From Minisyncoccota bacterium (GTDB taxonomy: Bacteria > Patescibacteriota > Minisyncoccia > UBA6257 > 2-01-FULL-56-20), in assembly GCA_022843285.1 (NCBI GenBank), contig JALHNY010000001.1:15128-79127 (forward strand): a stretch of 64,000 nucleotides of DNA. Direction: 5' to 3'. Of this stretch, positions 54,058 to 64,000 are shown in pieces. Numbering within the stretch: the first letter of the stretch is position 1; each line of letters begins with the position of its first letter. Made by a program: the position numbers and the translations under genes. Below the pieces are notes generated by a model that was not told the origin of the DNA, ran no database searches, and saw only the letters and a list, made by a program, of their open reading frames with translations.

Positions 54058-54558
54058 ATGGAAGAAGAACACAACAACCAGGGAGAGCAGGGGGGCGCCG
54101 CCCCAGAGCTGAGCCCCGTTGAAAAGGAGCGGGACGAGTACCGGGACGGGTGGCAGCGCGCCAAAGCCGACCTCATCAACTACAAGCGGCAGGAGGCGGA
54201 GCGCGTGACCCACGCCATCTCGGTCGGGATGAGCAACCTCATCGAGGACATGCTCCTCGTCCTGGACAGCTTCACCCTCGCGCGCACGACGCTCGAGCCC
54301 GGGTCTCCCGCGGAGCAGGGCATGGCGATGATTCGCTCCCAGCTCCTCGAGGTGCTCAAGCGGTACGGGCTGGAGCCCATCCCCGCAGCGGAGCTCACGG
54401 ACAAGCCGTTCGACCCCGCCACCTCGGAAGCCATCGGCACGATGCCCGCGGAGGGCAGGGAGGAGGGGACCGTCCTCTCCATCGCGCAGGACGGGTACCG
54501 CATGCACGGCAAAGTGCTCCGCCCCGCCCGCGTCTACGTATCAGGAAGCCAGCAGTAA
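54058..54558 (+). CDS. grpE: Nucleotide exchange factor GrpE
   Basis: [29 protein letters not shown]. Confidence 0.95.
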   Translation: MEEEHNNQGEQGGAAPELSPVEKERDEYRDGWQRAKADLINYKRQEAERVTHAISVGMSNLIEDMLLVLDSFTLARTTLEPGSPAEQGMAMIRSQLLEVLKRYGLEPIPAAELTDKPFDPATSEAIGTMPAEGREEGTVLSIAQDGYRMHGKVLRPARVYVSGSQQ

Positions 54559-54572
54559 CCAACACCACACCA

Positions 54573-56450
54573 ATGCCCAAAATTATCGGAATCGACCTCG
54601 GAACCACCAACTCGGCCATCGCCGTCACCGACGGCGGCGAGCCGCGCATCCTCGAGAACCACGAGGGCAACCGCACCACGCCGTCCATCGTCGCGGTGAA
54701 CAAGGCGGGGGAGCGCCTCGTGGGGCTGCTCGCCAAGCGCCAGGCCATCACGAACCCGCAGAACACCATCTTCTCCGTGAAGCGCCTCATCGGGCGCCCC
54801 TTCGACGACCCGGAGGTGCAGCGCGACAAGACCTGGCTCCCGTACGAGATCCGGAAGGCACCCAACGGCGGCGTGGAGGTGAAGCTCGGCGAGGAGTGGC
54901 ACACCCCTGAGGCGGTGTCGTCCTTCATCCTCGCGAAGCTCAAGGCGGACGCCGAGGCGAAGCTCGGCGAGAAGGTGACCGAGGCGGTCATCACGGTGCC
55001 GGCGTACTTCGACGACGCCCAGCGCCAGGCTACCAAGAACGCGGGTGAGATCGCCGGCCTCACCGTGCGCCGCATCATCAACGAGCCGACCGCAGCCGCG
55101 CTCGCGTACGGCCTGAACCGCAACAAGCACGAGAAGGTCGTGGTGTACGACTTCGGCGGCGGCACGTTCGACGTGTCCGTCCTCGACATTGCCGACGACA
55201 CCGTGGAGGTGGTCGCGACCGGCGGCGACACGCACCTCGGCGGCGACGACTTCGACAACAAGATTCACGAGTACCTCATGGGTGAGTACAAGAAGCAGGA
55301 GGGCATCGACCTCTCCAAGGACCCGCTCGCGCTGCAGCGCATCAAGGAGGCGGCGGAGCGCGCCAAGCACGAGCTCTCCTCGAGCACCGAGACGGAGATC
55401 AACATCCCGTACATCACGAGCGACGCGTCAGGGCCCAAGCACTTCATGCTGAAGATGACCCGCGCCAAGCTCGAGGAGCTCACCCGTGAGCTCGTGGAGC
55501 GCTCCGTTGAGATCACCAGGGAGGTGGTTACGGCAGCCGCGCCGAAGGGCGCCGGCTTCCAGCTCTCGGACATCGCCGAGATCATCCTCGTGGGCGGCCA
55601 GACGCGCATGCCGAGCATCCAGGAGGCGGTGAAGAACCTCTTCGGCAAGGAGCCGCACCGCGGCATCAACCCGGACGAGGTCGTCTCGCTCGGCGCGGCC
55701 GTACAGGCGGGCATCCTGCAGGGCGACGTGAAGGACATCCTGCTCCTCGACGTCACCCCGCTGACGCTCTCCATCGAGACGATGGGTGGCGTCGCGACGC
55801 CGATGATCGAGAAGAACACGACCGTCCCGACGAACAAGACGCAGACCTTCTCCACCGCCGCGGACAACCAGCCTTCCGTCGAGGTGCACATCCTCCAGGG
55901 GGAGCGCCCCATGGCGGCGGACAACAAGACGCTCGCGCGCTTCATGCTGGACGGCATCCCGCCGGCGCCGCGCGGCGTGCCGCAGATTGAGGTCAGCTTC
56001 GACATCGACGCCAACGGCATTCTGAACGTCTCCGCCAAGGACAAGGCGAGCGGCAAGACGCAGTCCGTCCGCATCGAGGCATCCACCTCGCTCTCCAAGG
56101 AGGAGATCGAGAAGCTCAAGGCGGACGCGGAGGCGCACGCCGCCGAGGACGCCAAGCGCCGCGAGCTCGTGGATGCCAAGAACCACGCCGAGTCGCTCGC
56201 GTACTCCGCGGAGAAGGCGCTCGCCGACGCGGGGGACAAGGTCCCCGCGGACGTGAAGTCCGGCGTCGAGGAGAAGGTGAAGGCCGTGCGGGACGCGCTC
56301 GCCGGGGAGGACCTCGCCGCTATCAAATCCACCTCTGAGGCGCTAAACTCAGAGATGCAAAAGATCGGCGAAGCGGTCTACAAACAGAACGACAGTGCTG
56401 CTACTGAACCCGGAACACCTGAAGGCGACGCAGGACCCGCTGCTGCCTAG
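54573..56450 (+). CDS. dnaK: Chaperone DnaK
   Basis: [27 protein letters not shown]. Confidence 0.98.
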   Translation: MPKIIGIDLGTTNSAIAVTDGGEPRILENHEGNRTTPSIVAVNKAGERLVGLLAKRQAITNPQNTIFSVKRLIGRPFDDPEVQRDKTWLPYEIRKAPNGGVEVKLGEEWHTPEAVSSFILAKLKADAEAKLGEKVTEAVITVPAYFDDAQRQATKNAGEIAGLTVRRIINEPTAAALAYGLNRNKHEKVVVYDFGGGTFDVSVLDIADDTVEVVATGGDTHLGGDDFDNKIHEYLMGEYKKQEGIDLSKDPLALQRIKEAAERAKHELSSSTETEINIPYITSDASGPKHFMLKMTRAKLEELTRELVERSVEITREVVTAAAPKGAGFQLSDIAEIILVGGQTRMPSIQEAVKNLFGKEPHRGINPDEVVSLGAAVQAGILQGDVKDILLLDVTPLTLSIETMGGVATPMIEKNTTVPTNKTQTFSTAADNQPSVEVHILQGERPMAADNKTLARFMLDGIPPAPRGVPQIEVSFDIDANGILNVSAKDKASGKTQSVRIEASTSLSKEEIEKLKADAEAHAAEDAKRRELVDAKNHAESLAYSAEKALADAGDKVPADVKSGVEEKVKAVRDALAGEDLAAIKSTSEALNSEMQKIGEAVYKQNDSAATEPGTPEGDAGPAAA

Positions 56451-57414
56451 GGAGCACCTCGCGCCCACGTACGCGGCCATCGTCCGGCTGACCGCCGCCG
56501 CCGTCACGGGCATCGTGGGCCTGACCATCGGGTACGGCGTGAACGCGTACCTCGCCGGTGCCTGGCCCTTCTGGGGCACCGTGATCCCCATCGCGGCGTT
56601 CTGCTTCGCGGCGACCCTCACCACCGTCATCGTGGACGACACGCGGTGGCACCTGCTCTTCAGCGCGTTCTGGGGCGTGTGCGTCACGCTCGCGCTCCCG
56701 TGGCGCACCGCCTCCGAGGCCGCGCTCCTGGCGCTCATCGTCGCGGCCTTCGCCATGGGCGCGTACTGGGCGTACCGCACCACGAGCAGCACGTACACGA
56801 CGCTCCACCTCTTCACCCTGACGCGCAAGTACACGTCCACGCTCGCGACGGGCGTCATCATCGCGCTCATCGTGCTGTACGGCGCGGCGGTCTCGCGCGG
56901 CTCCGCGCTCCTGCCGCAGGGCGTGCTCGCGAACCTCACGGACCAGGCGGTGCGCATCGTGCCGACGCTCATCCCGGGTGCACAGCCGTCCTCGCCGACC
57001 TCGACGCTCTCCGTGGGCGACCTCGCCATGGCGTCCGCCCGCGCGCAGCTCGAGGCGGACCCGCGCTTCCGCGCGCTCGGCCCCGAGGACCAGGCGCGCG
57101 TGCTGGCGGAGGCGGCCCGCGCGGCTGCTGACGGCGTCATCAAGCAGCTCGGCACCGGCGGCAGCGCGAGCTCCAGCGTCGGCCACGTGGCGCAGGGCGC
57201 CTTCTCCAACATCCTGCAGGGGTTCCAGGATCGCTACGGCTGGTACTTCACCATCGCGTGGCTGCTCGGCGCGTTCTTCATCGCGCGCTCCGCGGCGGTG
57301 CTCCTGACCATCGCGGTCGCCGTGCTGGTCTGGATGGTGGTCCTCGTCGCGGTCTCCGCCGGTCTCCTCCGCATAGAGGCCATCCCGTCCCTCCACGAGC
57401 GCGTCACACTCTGA
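56395..57414 (+). CDS. Hypothetical multi-TM membrane protein (start uncertain)
   Basis: Several hydrophobic segments and host-like codon usage; lies between dnaK and dnaJ. Confidence 0.75.
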   Translation: MLLLNPEHLKATQDPLLPREHLAPTYAAIVRLTAAAVTGIVGLTIGYGVNAYLAGAWPFWGTVIPIAAFCFAATLTTVIVDDTRWHLLFSAFWGVCVTLALPWRTASEAALLALIVAAFAMGAYWAYRTTSSTYTTLHLFTLTRKYTSTLATGVIIALIVLYGAAVSRGSALLPQGVLANLTDQAVRIVPTLIPGAQPSSPTSTLSVGDLAMASARAQLEADPRFRALGPEDQARVLAEAARAAADGVIKQLGTGGSASSSVGHVAQGAFSNILQGFQDRYGWYFTIAWLLGAFFIARSAAVLLTIAVAVLVWMVVLVAVSAGLLRIEAIPSLHERVTL

Positions 57415-57417
57415 GGC

Positions 57418-58476
57418 ATGGCTAAGGACTACTACTCAGTACTGGGCGTCTCCCGCACCGCCTCCCAAGACGACATCAAAAAGGCGTACCGGAAGGCCGC
57501 GCACCAGCACCACCCCGACAAGGAGGGCGGCGACGAGGCGCGCTTCAAGGAGATCAACGAGGCGTACCAGGTGCTCGGCAACGCCGAGAAGCGCGCCCGC
57601 TACGACCGCACGGGTTCCGCCGAGGACATTCCCGGGTACGGGGGGTTCGGCGGCTTCGGCGCGGAGGGCTTCAACGTGAACATCGAGGACCTGGGAGACC
57701 TGTTCTCGTCTGTCTTCTCCGGCGGCTTCGGGGGAACCGCGCGCCGCGAGGAGCGCGGGCGCGATCTGCACGTCGAGGTGATGGTCACGCTCGAGGACGC
57801 GTTCCGCGGCGGCACGCACCAGTTCACGATTCCGGCGCTCGTGCAATGCGGGAAGTGCAAGGGTGAGGGTACCGCCGATGGGTCCAAGCTGCACACCTGC
57901 GCGAAGTGCGCGGGCAAGGGGCAGGTGACGCAGACCCGCCGCGTGCTTTTTGGGCAGTTCCAGCAGGTGGTCTCGTGCGACGCGTGCGACGGTACGGGCA
58001 AGGTTCCGGAGAAGCCCTGCCCGGACTGCTCCGGCGCCGGGCGCAAGAAGGGGGAGCGGCACGTCTCCGTGCAGTTCGAGCCTGGCATCGGGGACGGCCA
58101 GGTGCTCGCCGTCGCCGGCATGGGGGACGCGGGGCGCCGCGGGCAGCCGAGTGGGAACCTCGGCGTGCGCATCCGCGTGGCGCGGCACGCGGCGTTCTCA
58201 CGCGACGGGGACGACCTCATCACGCGCGTGAAGGTGAGTCCGCTCCAGCTGCTGCGCCATGACCCGATTCCCGTGCCCGTGATTGATGGGGCGAAGGTGA
58301 ACGTGGATCTGGGTAGTGGCGTGGATCTCGCCGAGCGGTACCGCGTGAAGGGACAGGGCATGCCGCGGTACCGGAGCCGTGGCAGGGGAGACCTGTACGT
58401 GGAGTTCCACGTGGTGACCGGGAAGAAGCCCAACAAAAAGGAGATGGAAGGACTGGGGGAGTTGTTCGAGTCCTAG
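57418..58476 (+). CDS. dnaJ: Chaperone DnaJ
   Basis: KDYY, HPD, four CxxCxGxG repeats. Confidence 0.97.
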   Translation: MAKDYYSVLGVSRTASQDDIKKAYRKAAHQHHPDKEGGDEARFKEINEAYQVLGNAEKRARYDRTGSAEDIPGYGGFGGFGAEGFNVNIEDLGDLFSSVFSGGFGGTARREERGRDLHVEVMVTLEDAFRGGTHQFTIPALVQCGKCKGEGTADGSKLHTCAKCAGKGQVTQTRRVLFGQFQQVVSCDACDGTGKVPEKPCPDCSGAGRKKGERHVSVQFEPGIGDGQVLAVAGMGDAGRRGQPSGNLGVRIRVARHAAFSRDGDDLITRVKVSPLQLLRHDPIPVPVIDGAKVNVDLGSGVDLAERYRVKGQGMPRYRSRGRGDLYVEFHVVTGKKPNKKEMEGLGELFES

Positions 58477-58513
58477 TCCCGCAGCAGCCACTTTTATGGT
58501 CTAAAATTGAATT

Positions 58514-59410
58514 ATGGAGCGAATCAAAACACCCACGTTTGAGTTGGCAGTTCTCATGCGTGGTGATGAGAAGGCAGAGCAATTAGCCCTGCTCCTTCCA
58601 GGGCGCCTTGATACGAAAGACTACGTGAGCTTTACAAGCCTTGCAGATGAGCTTGCCGAACGGGGATGGCTTGCTGTGGCTTTTGATCCGCCAGGCACGT
58701 GGGAGAGCGGTGGTGAGATAAGCGATTTCACGACAACTAACTACCTGCAGGCCGTACGCGAACTTGTAGAGTACTTTGGCAATCGACCCACTGTGTTGAT
58801 CGGTCACAGCAGGGGAGGCGCCGTTGCCATGTTGCTCGGGCAATCTTTGCCTGCGGTAATTGGCATCGCGATGCTCATGCCAAGCTTCAATGATCCGACT
58901 CCGCCAGATGAGAATGCGGTACAGGCTGGCTTCAAGGTCTCACGCAGAGATTTGCCGCCTGGCTCGCAGAAGACGGACGCGCAGAAAGAATTCGCTTTGC
59001 CTGTGAGCTATTGGGAAGATGGCAAGAAGTATCATCCAGTAGAAGTTTTATTAGAAACAATGAAGCCTAAGCTGATTGTTTACGCCACTGAGGATGAATT
59101 CATGCAGGTCGAGGAAGCCAAGGAGGTATGCGACAAGCTACCTGAGCCAAAGAGGATTTATGAGGTAGAGGCGGTACATGACTATCGCTACCACCCCGCA
59201 GCAATCAAAGAAGTGAATGGGATCATCAAGGAATTTCTCACAAGCCTAGTTAGGAAATGCCAATGTGAGGAGCCGAATTGTGGAAAGTGTTTATCCATCA
59301 ATTGTCAAGATCATGATTGCCTCGTTCATACAAGAGAGGCGAAGGCGCGCTGGCGAAGAAACTGGGAGATGGCTAGCCGGAAGGAGTTTCCACACCCTAA
59401 GAATTACTAG
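58514..59410 (+). CDS. Alpha/beta hydrolase with Cys-rich C-terminal extension
   Basis: GHSRGG nucleophile elbow with downstream D and H; CQC..CGKC...C...C..H tail. Confidence 0.85.
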   Translation: MERIKTPTFELAVLMRGDEKAEQLALLLPGRLDTKDYVSFTSLADELAERGWLAVAFDPPGTWESGGEISDFTTTNYLQAVRELVEYFGNRPTVLIGHSRGGAVAMLLGQSLPAVIGIAMLMPSFNDPTPPDENAVQAGFKVSRRDLPPGSQKTDAQKEFALPVSYWEDGKKYHPVEVLLETMKPKLIVYATEDEFMQVEEAKEVCDKLPEPKRIYEVEAVHDYRYHPAAIKEVNGIIKEFLTSLVRKCQCEEPNCGKCLSINCQDHDCLVHTREAKARWRRNWEMASRKEFPHPKNY

Positions 59411-59706
59411 AAATAGGTTCCAAGTTCGTCTAGCTTGGCCAGCTCGGAAGGTCTGATGAATCAGACCATGACACGTAAGGGAAAATAAGGGTTTTTAAGC
59501 GACTGTTTCGAGACCACGACCCTCGACCGATTTGAGACTCGAACCCGACCATGACGGGTGAGTATCTCAGAGGGTCAGCAGTCATAAACACCCCGTCTAA
59601 TGACCTAGATGGGTGAGATGTTTGAAGTCTGGTTGAAATACCTTGACTTTAGTTTTATATCGTCGCCTGACCTTTCGTTCGAGAGTATACTTAAGGTTAG
59701 TGCTTC

Positions 59707-62700
59707 ATGAAGAGAGCACAATCTATGGACGTTCTAAAACCTTCCATTCAAATAAAACCTCTAAGGTTCTCCGAGAACCCAGCTGATTACGCTCTCTATC
59801 GGGCGGCTTTGGAGTGGGATTTGATCGATCCTATTGTTATCGAGAGTCCGGAAGATCTGAAATCCACGCGGTCATGGGCCGACAAGGTTCAACCTTATCA
59901 GCATCAAGTATCAAACCTCATAAGTTTTTGTCGCCGCTTGCCTGTAACGCTTCTCGCAGATGATGTTGGTCTAGGCAAGACCATTAGTGCAGGATTGGTT
60001 GCCAGTGAATTAATTTCTCGGGGTCGTCTGTCAAAAATCCTCATAGTTGCGCCAAAGATACTCGGTCCTCAATGGCAGGAAGAGTTGGAAACGAAATTCG
60101 GAATACCTTCAATCATTGCGACTGGAAAGGGTCTACTGGATGCAGAACCGCCTGGTGATATAGGTGCCGTCATAACTACCTATAATTCCGCGCGAATGTA
60201 TCTGACTCGACTCCGAGATGCGGGGTTCGACATGTTGATACTCGACGAAGCCCACAAGCTCAGAAACTTGTATGGTACTGATACTGCGCCCCAAGTAGCT
60301 TTGCGTTTCAAAGAGATTTTGGCCGATCGAGTTTTTAAGTACGTTCTTCTTCTTACTGCTACCCCGATTCAAAATAGACTTTGGGATTTATATTCGCTTG
60401 TTGAACTTCTTACGGTTGCACGTGGCCACGAGAATCCGTTCGGCAATCCAGGCACGTTTTCAAGAAAGTTTATCGCCGACAATCGGACAGATGCGCGCAA
60501 GCTCAATACGGAAGCGCAAGAAGAGTTTCGTTCGATTATTTATGGCTACATGTCTCGAGTGCGACGTGGAGACGCAGATCTGCATTTCCCAGGAAGAGAA
60601 GTTCAACTTCACTCAGTAAATCCTTCCCCGGGTGAATTGGAGTTGATTAAGGTTGTTGCCACGTATATTGGAGATTTGGATAGGCTTACTCAGATAAATA
60701 TCCTGAAGACTTTGGTCAGTAGCCCTGAGGCACTCACTATCATGCTTAAAGGGATGGCCGAACGGGGAACGGTAAAGAAGGAATTTGCCGTTGCAGTAAA
60801 GGAGGTTGCCAAGACGATCTCGCTCACATCAAAGTTGCAGGGCCTGGAAACGTTAGTCGACAAACTAAGGGCAGAAAAACCGACCCAGTGGCGCATGGTC
60901 GTTTTTACGACACGGATTGAGACACAAACTTCAATTCAGAATTTCTTGGAAGAACGAGGCATTAGTTGTGGACTCATAAACGGCACGACCGGCTCCACGA
61001 ATAAAGATACTCTTGAGAAGTTCCGGAAAGATGACCCAGAAATCAACGTAATGATATCTACGGAAGCCGGAGCAGAAGGCGTCAACTTGCAGGTTGCAAA
61101 TGTCTTGGTCAACTACGACTTGCCTTGGAATCCGATGATTGTTGAGCAACGTATTGGTCGCGTACAACGTCTCGGCTCGGTTCATGAAAAAGTGTGCATC
61201 TTCAATATCGTCCTCAAGGATACATTTGAGGACTATATCGTTGGTCGCTTGATGGAGAAATTGCAAATGGCTTCGCATGCTATCGGCGATATCGAGTCGT
61301 TGCTTGAGGCCTCGGGACTTGGAGAAGGTGAAGATAGTTCGGAAGTATTTGAGCAAAAGGTACTCAAGCTTGTTCTCGCCTCATTGCAGGGCAAAGACAT
61401 TGGGGAAGCAGCCAAAAGAGCGGAGCGGAGCATTGAGAATGCAAAAATCCAACTGGAGAAGGAAGAGGAAAATATCAATTCCATGCTCGGGAGCATGGAT
61501 GAATCCTATGACACAGGTCCCCAAAGTCCGATACTTCCAAAGGTTATCCGATCTATGGATGTTAAGGATTTCGTATTGTCTGGACTCAAGAGTTTGGGTG
61601 CAACACTGACACAAAAAACGCCTGAATTTTACCTCTCGGAACTCAACAAAAAGCAGGAGCTAATACGCTTCGACAATAATCTCAGCATTCCCGTCGCAGA
61701 TGGTCCTTTACTTAGAAACGTTCTGTATGCGCCGGGCAGCCCAGCTTTTGAGAGATTGGTAAGTAAGGTAACGAACGTTGGTCTGCACCGTGTTGAGGAC
61801 GCTGATGCTAATCCGAAAGACAAGCTTGAGGCAATAGTGAAAGAATGGGTGGATAAAACAGGAGCGTCTTATCTTGGCTCAAAGATAACAGGTGTTCGAC
61901 GCACGTTCAGCGGCGCGGCACTAGTAAGGGTACGAGTGACTGTGGCTCATGATAGTTATGAACGCCTCGTTGAAATTCCCTGCTCCCACTCGGAGCATAT
62001 AGGGGAATCAACAAAACTGGCCTTGGATCCTCTCGATAACACGATACTTAATGAGCCATCGCTTATCGGCATATCTCCCGAGTTGCTGATCGACAGAGCT
62101 CTCCTTGATGCTGGCGTGTCGGAATTCTGTCGCTTTTACAGAGAGCGATTGTCTCAGGAGTTGAAGAATGCTGGGTTGGATCCTGCAAAAAAGAAGAAGA
62201 TAGAAGACGACTTTACTCCTCGTCTTGAGTGCGCGTTGGTTGGTCTGGAGGGATTCGTCCGGCGTCAGTTTGAAACGAATGCATCTTACCGATTTGGCGA
62301 GAGCGATGAAAATAGCAGTGCTCTAGAAGTATTGCCTTCTCTAGGGGAGACAGTTTCTGCTCCTAAGTTGGCAAAATGTGAGGAGACTGGGAAATCGGTG
62401 CCTGTTGATTGCCTCGATCGCTGCGATATTAGTCGTAAGAGAGTTCTGCGTTATCTGCTTGTGAAATCGGATACCAGCGACCGGAAAGCGTTGCAGAAAT
62501 ACATAGTCAAGTGCGAATACACTGGAAAGCATGTACTGAATGATGAAGTGGAGAAATCCGATGTTACTGGCCATATGGTTCTGGCCATGATGCTAAAAGA
62601 GTCTGCTCTTAGTGGCAAGAAGGGCGAACCCGATGCGTTTGGAAAATGCGATTTCACAGGCGCGGAACTCCTGTTGAGTGAGCTGGGCGTTAGCCAAGTA

Positions 62701-63444
62701 TCAGGGAAAACGTATCGTCTGGACGAAGCGGGTACTTCTTCGGTGTCAGGGAAGACTGGACATCGCACAGAGTTTGTTAAGTGCGTGGAGACAAATTCTC
62801 TCATCTTGCCGGAAGAATCGGAAATATGCGAAGTAACTGGAAAGGTAGTTACTAAGGGACTGCTGGAAGAGTGTGAAATATCTGGCAAGAAGGTATTGCC
62901 TTCAAAGCTGGAAACAAGTTCTCTGAGCGGAAAGAAGGCGCTCAAAAAGTACTTCGTTTCCAGTAGCATCTCTGACGCAAGACTACTGAAGGAAGAAGCA
63001 ATCAAATCTGCAGCTGGAAAGTTCTGCTTGCCTGTCGAGGCAAAGGAATGCGCATGGAGTCACAGACTTTGCCATATCGATGATTTGAAGTTTTGTTCTC
63101 TCACCAATCTAGCCTTTTACTTTCAGTTTATAAAAGAGAAAGATGCCCAATCTCGGCTAGAGGTTTTGTCTGATCTTTTGGATGAAGTCCAGAGGGGTCT
63201 TGAGATCGAGGTGACTGAGAATATGCGCACTAACCTTGCATTCGCTATAAAGCATAAGACCTGTGAAGTTGAATCAAACAAATCTAATCCGGACAAGAAA
63301 ATCATCGCTATCTGCTTCTCTGGCAAGTCGTTCCTCGGATTGAGGACTAGACATTTTGGCGCGCTTTACTCGCTTGATGCGGAGACTGTCGTAGGCAAGA
63401 TTGCCGAAGGCAGCAGAAACACTAACGGCTGGACGCCGAACTAA
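59707..63444 (+). CDS. SNF2-family helicase with C-terminal 15-aa repeats
   Basis: LADDVGLGKT, DEAH, TATP, NYDLPWNP..EQRIGR. Confidence 0.93.
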   Translation: MKRAQSMDVLKPSIQIKPLRFSENPADYALYRAALEWDLIDPIVIESPEDLKSTRSWADKVQPYQHQVSNLISFCRRLPVTLLADDVGLGKTISAGLVASELISRGRLSKILIVAPKILGPQWQEELETKFGIPSIIATGKGLLDAEPPGDIGAVITTYNSARMYLTRLRDAGFDMLILDEAHKLRNLYGTDTAPQVALRFKEILADRVFKYVLLLTATPIQNRLWDLYSLVELLTVARGHENPFGNPGTFSRKFIADNRTDARKLNTEAQEEFRSIIYGYMSRVRRGDADLHFPGREVQLHSVNPSPGELELIKVVATYIGDLDRLTQINILKTLVSSPEALTIMLKGMAERGTVKKEFAVAVKEVAKTISLTSKLQGLETLVDKLRAEKPTQWRMVVFTTRIETQTSIQNFLEERGISCGLINGTTGSTNKDTLEKFRKDDPEINVMISTEAGAEGVNLQVANVLVNYDLPWNPMIVEQRIGRVQRLGSVHEKVCIFNIVLKDTFEDYIVGRLMEKLQMASHAIGDIESLLEASGLGEGEDSSEVFEQKVLKLVLASLQGKDIGEAAKRAERSIENAKIQLEKEEENINSMLGSMDESYDTGPQSPILPKVIRSMDVKDFVLSGLKSLGATLTQKTPEFYLSELNKKQELIRFDNNLSIPVADGPLLRNVLYAPGSPAFERLVSKVTNVGLHRVEDADANPKDKLEAIVKEWVDKTGASYLGSKITGVRRTFSGAALVRVRVTVAHDSYERLVEIPCSHSEHIGESTKLALDPLDNTILNEPSLIGISPELLIDRALLDAGVSEFCRFYRERLSQELKNAGLDPAKKKKIEDDFTPRLECALVGLEGFVRRQFETNASYRFGESDENSSALEVLPSLGETVSAPKLAKCEETGKSVPVDCLDRCDISRKRVLRYLLVKSDTSDRKALQKYIVKCEYTGKHVLNDEVEKSDVTGHMVLAMMLKESALSGKKGEPDAFGKCDFTGAELLLSELGVSQVSGKTYRLDEAGTSSVSGKTGHRTEFVKCVETNSLILPEESEICEVTGKVVTKGLLEECEISGKKVLPSKLETSSLSGKKALKKYFVSSSISDARLLKEEAIKSAAGKFCLPVEAKECAWSHRLCHIDDLKFCSLTNLAFYFQFIKEKDAQSRLEVLSDLLDEVQRGLEIEVTENMRTNLAFAIKHKTCEVESNKSNPDKKIIAICFSGKSFLGLRTRHFGALYSLDAETVVGKIAEGSRNTNGWTPN
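62377..63110 (+). repeat. About 17 tandem 15-aa (C/S)xx(S/T)G repeats in the helicase
   Basis: CEETG, CDISR, SDTSD, CEYTG, SDVTG, SALSG, CDFTG and so on, spaced 15 aa apart (one 14-aa unit). Confidence 0.85.
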
Positions 63445-63446
63445 AT

Positions 63447-64000
63447 ATGACTCCAATATCCAAGACAACCTTTCTGTCTTTCCTCGAATGCCCTCGAAAT
63501 GTGTGGCTACAGCTTCATCGTCCTGATGAGGTTGGGAAGTGTGTGCCTTCAGACTTCGAACTCCATCTGATGGAACAGGGCAATGAAGTAGAAGCCGAGG
63601 CTCGAAAGCTTTTCCCCGGTGCCGTACAGATAACTTCTACTGGAGACGACGCGATTGAAGATACGAGACGTCTGATGGCGGCAAAAAGTCCCACGATCTT
63701 CCAAGCCACCTTTCTCGTAGATGGGTTTATCGCAAAAAACGACATGCTTTCGTACGACGTGGAGCATGATTGCTGGAATCTCTACGAAGTAAAGGGTACC
63801 AACTCTGTAAAGGAGGACGGTGCAGGCAATCGTGACCATATAGACGATCTTGCTTTCCAGCTAAGAGTACTCCGGCGTGATGGCGTGAAAGTCGGCAAGT
63901 GTTTTCTCGTACACCTGAATAAAGAGTACATACGCAACGGCGATCTTGACCTCAATGCGTTGTTTGAAATGGAGGATGTAACCGAGAAAATAGAGGCACG
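63447..64000 (+). CDS. DUF2779-type PD-(D/E)XK (Cas4/RecB-like) nuclease, 3'-partial
   Basis: Manual translation: MTPISKTTFLSFLECPRNVWL...IFQATF...DML...LYEVKG...DDLAFQ...HLNKEY. Confidence 0.8.
   Translation, partial: MTPISKTTFLSFLECPRNVWLQLHRPDEVGKCVPSDFELHLMEQGNEVEAEARKLFPGAVQITSTGDDAIEDTRRLMAAKSPTIFQATFLVDGFIAKNDMLSYDVEHDCWNLYEVKGTNSVKEDGAGNRDHIDDLAFQLRVLRRDGVKVGKCFLVHLNKEYIRNGDLDLNALFEMEDVTEKIEA

Noticed and set aside
59534-59546. tRNA T-arm-like GGGTTCGAGTCTC on the minus strand as an att site
   Set aside because: No cloverleaf, no match to the tRNA-Leu 3' end and no integrase in view.

Overview
High-GC chromosomal segment of a Patescibacteria (CPR, Parcubacteria-like) bacterium, judged from its 16S signatures, unlinked 16S gene and streamlined housekeeping genes. 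It is mostly core machinery: a fused rpoB-rpoC, ribosomal proteins, four aminoacyl-tRNA synthetases, gatB, rnpB, 16S rRNA, tRNA-Leu, smc, secA, dnaB and a CIRCE-hrcA-grpE-dnaK-dnaJ operon. Small orphan cassettes are interspersed, and the window ends in a lower-GC island (hydrolase, SNF2 helicase with 15-aa repeats, DUF2779-like nuclease). The most notable signals are at the RNA level: (1) a Thr6 leader-peptide attenuator upstream of thrS, and a second attenuator of the same design in front of an unknown 70-aa ORF; (2) a BECR/PBECR-like putative RNase gene whose 3' end folds into a cloverleaf closed by a ~27-bp stem, faces a near-consensus antisense promoter, and has its own -35 inside the CIRCE operator; (3) two tandem, mutually complementary small RNAs upstream of ltaE; (4) loss of the canonical anti-Shine-Dalgarno in the 16S together with pervasive leaderless-type promoters. 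All calls were made by eye from sequence and motif recognition; no searches or folding programs were run.
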